Positions 49,914-58,600 of a stretch of DNA of 64,000 nucleotides are shown piece after piece (within the stretch, counting starts at the first letter, position 1; each line of letters opens with the position of its first letter). Origin of the DNA: Candidatus Omnitrophota bacterium (GTDB taxonomy: Bacteria; Omnitrophota; Gorgyraeia; Zapsychrales; Fredricksoniimonadaceae); contig JAGWKL010000008.1 of NCBI GenBank assembly GCA_028865345.1, positions 9,291 to 73,290 of the forward strand, written 5' to 3'. Below the pieces are notes generated by a model that was given only the letters and a program-made list of their open reading frames with translations, was not told the origin of the DNA and did not search any database. The position numbers were made by a program, and so were the translations under genes.

Positions 49914-51746
49914 ATGGACATCAAAGAAATCCAGACCATAGATCATGATGTGCTTGTCGTAGGTGCCGGCGGCGCCGGTATCCGTGCTGCCATCGAATGC
50001 GCACAGCTTGGGATGAATACCGGGATGATCTCGAAGTCCCTGTTGGGCAAGGCGCATACGGTCATGGCCGAAGGCGGGGCCGCGGCGGCGATGGGCAACG
50101 TTGATAAACGGGATAACTGGAAAATCCATTTCCGCGATACGATGCGCGGCGGGAAATTTTTAAACCAATGGCGCATGGCCCAGCTTCATGCCCAGCAGGC
50201 CCCGGACCGCGTGCGTGAACTGGAAGAATGGGGCGCGGTTTTCGACCGCACGCCTGATGGGCTCATCAATCAAAGGAACTTCGGCGGGCACCGTTATCCG
50301 CGCCTGGCCCATGTCGGGGACCGTACCGGCCTTGAAATCATCCGTACGCTGCAGGATTTCTGCATCCATAAGGGCATTGCCACGCACATGGAATGCACGG
50401 GGCTTGATTTGCTTTTGGATGACGGCAGGGTCGCCGGGATGGCCGCTTATTGGCGCGAAACGGGACGGTTTGTCATTTTCAGGACCAAGGCCGTTATTTT
50501 TGCGACGGGCGGCGGGGGAAAGGCCTGGCAGGTGACCTCCAATTCCTGGGAATATACCGGAGATGGCCTGGGCATGGCCTACCGGGCCGGCGCTGAACTT
50601 ATGGATATGGAATTTACGCAATTTCATCCCACCGGCATGATTTGGCCGCCGTCGGTCAAGGGCGCGCTGGTCACCGAGGGCGTGCGCGGCGAAGGGGGCA
50701 TTCTATTAAACAATAAAGGCGAACGCTTCATGTTTAAATACATCCCCGAAAAATTCGCCGCTGAAACCGCTGACACCGTTGAAGAAGCCGCCCGCTGGGG
50801 GCGGGGAGATCAAAATGCGCGGCGGCCGCCGGAACTTTTAACGCGTGACGTTGTGGCGCGCGCCATCAAGAAAGAAGTGGAAGAAGGCCGCGGTTCTCCC
50901 CACGGCGGGGTTTTTCTTGACATCGCCTCCCAGCGCCCGGCTGATTTTATCAAAAGGAAACTGCCGTCGATGTATCATCAGTTTATAGAATTGGCCGAAG
51001 TTGACATTACCAAAGAGCCCATGGAAGTCGGGCCCACGCTCCATTATTTTATGGGCGGCATCCGCGTGGATTGCGATACGCAGGCGACCAGTGTGCCGGG
51101 GCTTTTTGCCTGCGGGGAATGCAGCGGCGGCATGCACGGCGCCAACCGTCTGGGGGGAAATTCCTTGTCGGATTTGCTGGTTTTTGGCAGATTGGCGGGA
51201 ATCGGCGCATCCGACTATGTTAAGAAAGTTGCTCAGGGAAAAATTGATGAAAGCCAGGCCAAGGCCATTGTCCGCCGCGCCACGGCCTTTCTTAATAAAG
51301 AAGAGGGCTTAAATCCGTTTGTCGTCCAGGAGGACCTGCAAAAAGTCATGCAGCAATTCGTCGGCCTTATCCGTTCGGGGGAGGAATTAAAAAAAGCCCT
51401 TGCGGAGATCCAACGCGTCAAGAAAGACATCGAAGATGTCAAAGCCCACGCCAGCCCCCAGTTTAATCCGGGATGGAATGCGGCGATCGACTTGAATAAT
51501 TTGATCGTCACCGCCGAAGCGGTCGCGACGGCGGCCCTGGCGCGCGAAGAGTCCCGCGGCGGCCACACCCGCATTGATTTTCCGGGGGAGCGCGAAGAAG
51601 GAGTGACCTATAATGTCATTCTTAAAAAAGGGCCGGACGGCGGGATGCAGCTGCGTAAAGAACCGCGCAAGGCGCCTGCGAAGGAATTGGCGGACATTGC
51701 TTACGCAAAAATAGAGGATTTGGAAGGGAAAAAGGCCGATGGCTGA
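49914..51746 (+). CDS. sdhA: Succinate dehydrogenase/fumarate reductase flavoprotein
   Basis: GAGGAG, KAHTVMAEGG, QFHPT, TEGVRGEGG, HYFMGG, HGANRLGGNSL, ESRGGH. Confidence 0.93.
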   Translation: MDIKEIQTIDHDVLVVGAGGAGIRAAIECAQLGMNTGMISKSLLGKAHTVMAEGGAAAAMGNVDKRDNWKIHFRDTMRGGKFLNQWRMAQLHAQQAPDRVRELEEWGAVFDRTPDGLINQRNFGGHRYPRLAHVGDRTGLEIIRTLQDFCIHKGIATHMECTGLDLLLDDGRVAGMAAYWRETGRFVIFRTKAVIFATGGGGKAWQVTSNSWEYTGDGLGMAYRAGAELMDMEFTQFHPTGMIWPPSVKGALVTEGVRGEGGILLNNKGERFMFKYIPEKFAAETADTVEEAARWGRGDQNARRPPELLTRDVVARAIKKEVEEGRGSPHGGVFLDIASQRPADFIKRKLPSMYHQFIELAEVDITKEPMEVGPTLHYFMGGIRVDCDTQATSVPGLFACGECSGGMHGANRLGGNSLSDLLVFGRLAGIGASDYVKKVAQGKIDESQAKAIVRRATAFLNKEEGLNPFVVQEDLQKVMQQFVGLIRSGEELKKALAEIQRVKKDIEDVKAHASPQFNPGWNAAIDLNNLIVTAEAVATAALAREESRGGHTRIDFPGEREEGVTYNVILKKGPDGGMQLRKEPRKAPAKELADIAYAKIEDLEGKKADG

Positions 51747-52488
51747 GAGAACATTCCGCGTTTGGCGGGGAGACAAAACCGGCGGGAAATTCGTCGAATA
51801 TAAAATCAATGTCGAGAAGGGCATGGTTGTCCTGGATGTCATTCACCGTATCCAGGCGGAAAAATCAAGCGATCTGGCCTGCCGTTGGAACTGCAAGGCC
51901 GGCAAGTGCGGTTCGTGCGCCATGGAAATCAACGGCAAGCCGAAATTGGGCTGCATGACCCGCATGAATACATTCAAGGAAGATGAGGTCGTTACGATCC
52001 AGCCGGTCAAAACATTTCCGGTCATCAAAGACCTGGTGACGGACGTTTCCTGGAATTACGAGCAGAACAAACGCATCGCGCCTTTTAAACCCGGCCCCAG
52101 GGGAAAAGACGGCAACCATCGGATGTATCAACGCGACGTCGAGCGTGTCCAGGAATTCCGTAAATGCATCGAGTGTTTTCTGTGCCAAAATGTCTGCCAT
52201 GTCCTGCGCGACCATAATAAAAAAGATAAGTTCGTGGGGCCGCGTTTTATGATCCGCCTGGCTTCCTTGGAAATGCATCCCCTGGACACCGGGGACCGTA
52301 TTGAAAAAATAAAGAACGAATACGGTTCCGGATATTGCAATATCACCAAATGCTGCACCGAAGTCTGCCCCGAGCACATCCACATCACCGATAACGCCAT
52401 CATCCCTCTCAAAGAACGCGTCGTGGACCGTTTTTTTGATCCGCTGGCGATCATCCTTCATAAGATTTTCGGCAATAAGAAAACATAA
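51739..52488 (+). CDS. sdhB: Succinate dehydrogenase/fumarate reductase Fe-S subunit
   Basis: CKAGKCGSC, CIECFLCQNVC, CNITKCCTEVCP. Confidence 0.93.
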   Translation: MAERTFRVWRGDKTGGKFVEYKINVEKGMVVLDVIHRIQAEKSSDLACRWNCKAGKCGSCAMEINGKPKLGCMTRMNTFKEDEVVTIQPVKTFPVIKDLVTDVSWNYEQNKRIAPFKPGPRGKDGNHRMYQRDVERVQEFRKCIECFLCQNVCHVLRDHNKKDKFVGPRFMIRLASLEMHPLDTGDRIEKIKNEYGSGYCNITKCCTEVCPEHIHITDNAIIPLKERVVDRFFDPLAIILHKIFGNKKT

Positions 52489-52510
52489 CCGAAAACCATT
52501 CAAGTCTTTC

Positions 52511-52560
52511 TTGACATGATATAATCATAGTGATATACATATATCAGAAAGGATATATCA
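52511..52560 (+). promoter_or_regulatory. Promoter/operator of vapBC pair
   Basis: TTGACA at 52511; TGATATA-CA-TATATCA palindrome at 52531-52546 plus further half-sites at 52517 and 52554. Confidence 0.65.
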
Positions 52561-52562
52561 TT

Positions 52563-52802
52563 ATGGTGCGTGCTTTAATCAGCTTAAAAGACGAACAATT
52601 AAAGAAAATAGACAGGTTAGCCCGCAAGAAAAAACAATCCCGGGCACAAGTGATCCGTGAAGCCATTGAAGAATATGTTTCAAAGAAGGAAAATGAACCG
52701 ACTTGGGAAGAACTTGTCAGGAAAACCGCGGGAATTTGGAAACATAAAAACATTGATACGGATGCTTATCTTGAAGCCCTGCGTTCGGAATGGGACCGGT
52801 AA
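52563..52802 (+). CDS. vapB: RHH/CopG antitoxin (VapB-like)
   Basis: ISLKDEQLKKIDRLARKKKQSRAQVIREAIEEY; AGIWK. Confidence 0.85.
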   Translation: MVRALISLKDEQLKKIDRLARKKKQSRAQVIREAIEEYVSKKENEPTWEELVRKTAGIWKHKNIDTDAYLEALRSEWDR

Positions 52803-53173
52803 TGCTTTTATTGGACGCATCCATCCTCATTGATTTTTTAAACAAAATTTCCCAGGCCGTTGATTATTTTTTGGCCATTGATTCACGTCAAGCGGCCATA
52901 TCAGCAGTGACATTAGCAGAAGTCCTGGCCGGCGCCGATGAACAGGAAAAAGCACAAATACTTTTGTTCACCGACAGGTTTCACTTCCTGAACATTGATA
53001 AAGAAACAGCTGTTTTTGCCGCTGATTTGAGGCAAAAACATCATTGGAAATTGCCTGATTCATTCCAAGCTGCGTTAGCCTTAAAACATAACTTAATTTT
53101 CGTTACCCGTAATACCAAGGATTTCAATCCTGCGGTCCATAAATTTGTCAAAATCCCCTATAAGCTGCGCTAA
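52802..53173 (+). CDS. vapC: PIN-domain toxin
   Basis: LLDASILID, SAVTLAEV, LPDSFQAALA, VTRNTKDF. Confidence 0.9.
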   Translation: MLLLDASILIDFLNKISQAVDYFLAIDSRQAAISAVTLAEVLAGADEQEKAQILLFTDRFHFLNIDKETAVFAADLRQKHHWKLPDSFQAALALKHNLIFVTRNTKDFNPAVHKFVKIPYKLR

Positions 53174-53211
53174 TACTGGACTTTTCCTTAACCCCCGTTA
53201 GAATATCTTCT

Positions 53212-54582
53212 ATGTTGATCGACAAAAACACCCTGCAAAAGTATGACGTCGCCGGGCCGCGCTACACCAGTTATCCGACAGCGCCGCAATGGTCCGATGA
53301 AGTGACCGCGCAGACGTATGCCTCTGTGCTCAAGGCTTTCGGACAGAACGACAAAACTTTGTCTCTCTATATCCATGTGCCTTTTTGTGAACAGCTCTGT
53401 TATTTTTGCGCCTGCAATAAGGTCATCCGCGCCAGGGAAGAGAAGGTGGGGGATGAGTTTCTTGAGCACCTTTTTACGGAGATGGGCCTGGTCGCAGGCT
53501 TTATCGGCCGGCGCAAACTTATCCGCCAGCTGCATTGGGGCGGGGGAACGCCCACCTTTCTCTCCGAAGAGCAAAGCGAAAAGCTTTTTACCCGCATCCG
53601 GTCCCTCTTTGATATTGACTTCAACGAAGAAATCGCCATCGAGATCGACCCGCGCACGGTGACGCAGAACAAATTGAAGGTCCTGCGCGGGCTTGGCTTT
53701 AACCGCATTTCCATGGGCGTGCAGGATTTCGATGCCAAGGTCCAGGATGACATCAACCGCATCCAGCCCTACGAGCAGGTGGCCCAAGTGCACCGGTGGT
53801 GCCGCGATCTCAATTTCAAATCGGTCAATTATGACCTGATCTACGGCCTTCCGTATCAAACCAGGGAAACGTTTAAAAAAACCGTTGATTTGGTGATCGG
53901 TCTGCGGCCTGACCGCATCGCCCTTTACAGTTTTGCCTATGTCCCGTGGCTTTCCAAGCCTCAGAATAAATTCAACCTGCAGGCCATTGCCCTGCACGAT
54001 GAAAAATTGGACATTTTTATCCAGTCCCGCGAAAACCTGCTGGACCACGGCTACCAGGCCATCGCCATGGACCATTTTGCCCTGACTACCGACGACATGG
54101 CCAAGGCCTTCAATCAGGGCCTGCTGTACCGTAATTTCATGGGCTACACCCTGAAACCCGCCGATGAGTATTTAGGTCTGGGGCCCTCGGCCATAGGCTT
54201 CCTGGAAAAGACCTACGTCCAGAACGTCAAGGTCCTGCCTGATTATTATGACAGCCTCTCGAAAGGCCGGCTGCCTGTGGAGCGGGGCAAGCAATTGAGC
54301 CCGGACGACCAGGTCCGCCAATGGGTCATCAACAGCCTGATGTGCGGTTTTAAGGTGGACAAAGGCGTATTTTTTGATACATTTGGGTATGAGTTTGAGG
54401 ATTATTTTGACCAGGAACACCGGCACATCCGTGATTGCATCGAGGACGGATTGCTTTGCGAAGATCCGCGGAGGATCACCGTCACCGATTTGGGTAAAAT
54501 TTTTATCCGCAATGTGTGCATGGGGTTCGACCACTACCTAAGGCAAAAAGATGGCCACCGCCGTTTCTCGAGAACAGTCTGA
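53212..54582 (+). CDS. hemN: Oxygen-independent coproporphyrinogen III oxidase
   Basis: GPRYTSYPTA, YIHVPFCEQLCYFCAC, HWGGGTPT, RNFMGY. Confidence 0.95.
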   Translation: MLIDKNTLQKYDVAGPRYTSYPTAPQWSDEVTAQTYASVLKAFGQNDKTLSLYIHVPFCEQLCYFCACNKVIRAREEKVGDEFLEHLFTEMGLVAGFIGRRKLIRQLHWGGGTPTFLSEEQSEKLFTRIRSLFDIDFNEEIAIEIDPRTVTQNKLKVLRGLGFNRISMGVQDFDAKVQDDINRIQPYEQVAQVHRWCRDLNFKSVNYDLIYGLPYQTRETFKKTVDLVIGLRPDRIALYSFAYVPWLSKPQNKFNLQAIALHDEKLDIFIQSRENLLDHGYQAIAMDHFALTTDDMAKAFNQGLLYRNFMGYTLKPADEYLGLGPSAIGFLEKTYVQNVKVLPDYYDSLSKGRLPVERGKQLSPDDQVRQWVINSLMCGFKVDKGVFFDTFGYEFEDYFDQEHRHIRDCIEDGLLCEDPRRITVTDLGKIFIRNVCMGFDHYLRQKDGHRRFSRTV

Positions 54583-55546
54583 CATTTTATCGGCCTTCCA
54601 GGGCAAAAACAAGCGCGTCCCGGTCTGGTTCATGCGCCAGGCCGGCCGTTATCTGCCCCAATACCAGGCGCTGAAAGGCAACCGCCCCTTAGGCGAACTT
54701 TTCCGTGACCCGGAAGCTGCCGGCGCCATCACCCTGCAGCCTTTGGAGATCCTGGGGGTCGATGCCGCGATCTTATTTGCCGATATCCTGACCATGCCTT
54801 CCGCCATGGGCTTCAGGATCGATTTTATCAACGGTAAAGGGCCTGTGGTCGCCAATCCTGTGCACCATTACAGGGACCTGAGGCGTTTGGGAAAATTCAG
54901 CGGCCTGGATTATTTGACCAGGACCATCCAGCTCATCAACCTGGTATTGCCGCCGTCGATCCCTTTGATCGGTTTTGCCGGTTCTCCCTATACGGTGGCG
55001 ACCTACCTGTGCTCCAGGCATAACCATATGATGTATGAAAATCCCACGGCCTTTCACCAGTTGATGGCCCTGTTGACGGACAACACCATCGCCTATTTAA
55101 AGCAGCAGAAAGAGGCGGGCATCAAACTCTTCCAGCTTTTTGACACCTGGGCCGGCAGCCTGCGCCGGGAGGATTATGAATCCTTCGTGCTGCCGTATGT
55201 GCAAAAAATTTTCAAGGCCGTCAACCTTCCGTCCATTTATTATTTGAAAAATTGCGCGCACCTCATGGGCCCGATGGAAAAAAGCGGGGCGGAGTTTCTC
55301 TCCGTCTGTGAAACGGTCAATATCAAAGACATCAGGAGCAAAAAGGGCATCCAGGGGAATTTATTAAACACCCTTTTGTACGCCGATGATAAAACGCTCA
55401 TCGAGGAAACCAGGGCCATTCTTAAAAGCGCCAAGGCCCGCCACCGCAGGTACATTTTCAATCTAAGCCACGGTGTCATGCCGGACGTCAACCCCCTGAA
55501 ATTGAAAATGGTGGTTGACGAAGTGCACAAATTTAAATGGAAATAA
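54551..55546 (+). CDS. hemE: Uroporphyrinogen decarboxylase
   Basis: PVWFMRQAGRYLP, DAAILFADIL, LIGFAGSP, FDTWAG, IQGNL, IFNLSHG. Confidence 0.93.
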   Translation: MATAVSREQSDILSAFQGKNKRVPVWFMRQAGRYLPQYQALKGNRPLGELFRDPEAAGAITLQPLEILGVDAAILFADILTMPSAMGFRIDFINGKGPVVANPVHHYRDLRRLGKFSGLDYLTRTIQLINLVLPPSIPLIGFAGSPYTVATYLCSRHNHMMYENPTAFHQLMALLTDNTIAYLKQQKEAGIKLFQLFDTWAGSLRREDYESFVLPYVQKIFKAVNLPSIYYLKNCAHLMGPMEKSGAEFLSVCETVNIKDIRSKKGIQGNLLNTLLYADDKTLIEETRAILKSAKARHRRYIFNLSHGVMPDVNPLKLKMVVDEVHKFKWK

Positions 55547-55626
55547 AGTAGTCCCGCTGCGGCTTGACAAAGACTATTTTATATGGCACTCTTTACTTAG
55601 GATGTGGATGAAGGCGGGAGAGAGGT

Positions 55627-58600
55627 ATGTCCCCATATACCCTGAATATTAAAAAATCTATGTTTTTAAAGTTACGCAGGATCGTTTCTATTGTTATTAT
55701 ATCGGCTTTTATGACCACCTCGGTCAGGACGCCGGCCTGGGCGCAGTCCTCTGTAGGCCTGCTGCCCAATCTGCCGCCTCCGGGGGCGATGGTAAATTTA
55801 AGCCCCGATTTTACGCCTGCCCATCTGATGGGCATTACCATCCATCCCGATAACCCCTTAAAGTTTGATTTCTTGATCGATAATGGCGACCAGGAAATGG
55901 ACAGCGTCCAAAAGCGGGAGGAATATCAAAAACTGGTAAAGTATTTTTTGGCCTCCCTGACCATCCCCGATGGCCACCAGTGGGTGAACCTTTCGCCTTA
56001 TGAAAAGGGACGCATCATCCAGAATGATTTCGGCAAAACACAGATGGGCCGGGATTTGCTGGAGCAGGATTACATCCTCAAGCAGATCACCTCAAGTTTG
56101 ATCTATCCTGAAAGCCGTTTGGGCAAGGAATTCTGGGACAAGGTCTATCAACGCGCCTGGAATGAATACCACACGACCGACATCCCGGTCAATACCTTTA
56201 ACAAAGTATGGATCGTGCCTGACCAGGCCGTAGTTTACGAAAGCGGCGACAGCGCCTATATCCTCCAGAGCCATTTAAAGGTGATGCTGGAAGAAGACTA
56301 CCTCTCCCTGAAAGAACATACGGCCATTTCCTCTTCCGATGTCAATGCCGTTGCCAATGACACCCATGCCATCGGTTCCCAGGTGATCCGCGAGATCGTC
56401 CTTCCTGAACTTCAAAAAGAGGTCAATGAAGACAAGAATTTTGAAAGCCTGCGCCAGATGTACAGCGGGATGGTCCTGGCGACCTGGTATAAAATGGCAT
56501 TGAAGAAATCTCTCTTGGGGATGATTTACGCGGACAAGGCCAAGGTCAAGGGCGTTGACCAGGACCCCAGGACCAACCAATTAATATACAACCAGTATTT
56601 GCGCGCGTTTAAAAAGGGCGTGTTCAACTATATTAAGGAAGATGTGGACAAATTCACAAATGAGGAGATCCCCAGGAAATATTTTGCGGGCGGGTTTCAG
56701 CCCCTGGAGGGGGCTGATGAAATAAGAGATATAGGCCAGGCGCAACAGGCGGTTCAGGAGAGTAGAAGCAACCCGCTGCCCCGGGAGTTTGTCGTCAAAG
56801 CCAATCAGGGAGAGAATGTGGCGAATGTGGCGCCAACCATCAACACTCTTCTTGGAGGCCGGCCCATTTCTGTTGACTGGCAGAAGCCGGAGAATTTCAA
56901 TGTTGCCGTTGTTGATTTAAGCCAGGCAAACCAGAACCCCGGTGGAGTTTCCGGCAACGCCACGACTGTCGCGCAGAGTGAAGCGCAAAAATTTGTAAAC
57001 TTTATGCAGGAGAGGGAACTCCCGGTGCCGGCCAATCTGCCTGCAGACCAACTGGCCAGGGCCAAGCAGGGGGAAAAGAATTGGCAAATCAGCAATGCCA
57101 TGCGCCAGCAGCTGCAGCAATGGTACAAGGGCAATGATCAGTATGATCCCATGGTGGATTCCATTTTTAAGCATTTGGATTATGAATACGATCAGGCAAC
57201 GGACAATTTTAAGGTTGTCTATTCCAATCCGGCGATGACGTCCAACGGAGAAATAACTGACGCGACTTTTTCCAGAATTTCCCGCCGGTTGAACCAAAAC
57301 CCTGCTATCAGCCGGTTATTGGAGAATCCCATTACCCGGGATTTCTATGATAAGACACTTAATTCCAATTTGACCAATCCCGGGAAATTGCAGCGTATCC
57401 GTCAACGGTTGGATGATTTAAGGCCGGGTTTGGGGCAAACGGTGGATTCCATCGTTGCAGAGGTCCAGGCGGATCAAAGTGCGAACAGGGCGATGACCAC
57501 GGTCCTGGTCATTGATGATGATCCCGTGATGCTGGATATCAATAAAGCGGTATTGTCCCGTGCCGGTTATAATGTTTTAACCGCCCAGACCGAGCAGGAA
57601 GCTGAAACATCTTGGCAGGAGAATAAAGATAATATAGGCCTTATCCTTAGCGACACCCATAACACAGGGCAAAAGGATTGGCCTGATTTGGTGAAAGGAT
57701 TCGTGGCGCAGAAAAATGTCCCTGTTCTTGCCACCAGCGGGTTGGCAACCCAGCAAGCCTGGCAGGGGATCACCGATCATTTTCTTCCCAAGCCGTATTC
57801 CATTCATGTTTTAACCTCTGCAGTTCAGGGAATTTTGTCCGCCAATCAGCCTGCAGTTGATCAGGCCATGGCGTCAAATACCGGGAGTTGGTTGAAGGAG
57901 AAGATCTTGCCGCTGGTAGGAGCGGTTGCGGTAGGGGGCGTCGTTGCGGGGGCAATAAGCATGCCTTCCTATTTACATCAGCGGGAATTAAACAAGATCT
58001 CTTTGGTCCAACCCGGACAGATTGCGTCTATAAACAACCAGGCGGCAAGGGTCGTGGTCAATACCGGCGGAGTGGGTGTCGTCATTACCCAGCCGGGCAG
58101 GCCGATCAGGATCATCAGTGTCAATCCCAACAATGTTGCCGACGTTGCTCAGCAATTGTTGCAGGAATATCCGGCCGGCATCAATAATGCCGTTATCCAT
58201 GTTTTTGCCGATGGTGACGGTGAACGGGGAGCGGGCAATGCATTGTCGATGGCTTTGTTGGGTAAAGAGAATATCTCTGATCATCACATTTATCTTGAAC
58301 ATGCGGCGCCGTTTAATTTGGTGGCTCATCCCCTGGGCAGCGGAAGCGATTTTGTAAGGATTGAAAATGGGGACGGGATGGAGCATCATTATGTGGAGAC
58401 AAAGGGTGTTTTAATTCAGTTGCCCAAGAACAATCCCAACCCGGCCATGGCCTCCAACAGCAAAATAAATCGGATCAGAGAAAGGCTTGTGACGGCAGCC
58501 ACGCTGGCCGGCATCTCAGCGGCCGCGCTGTTTCTTGCTCCCGGGGCCGCAAAGAATGTCCAGATAGCCATCAAGGAACATAGAATTCCTTTGAAAAGCG

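Noticed and set aside
53188-54075. Long antisense ORFs (also 46144-46998, 43426-44247, 15904-16686, 4607-5272, 51865-52503)
   Set aside because: They lie opposite well-conserved genes and have no recognisable motifs; they are shadow ORFs expected from codon bias.
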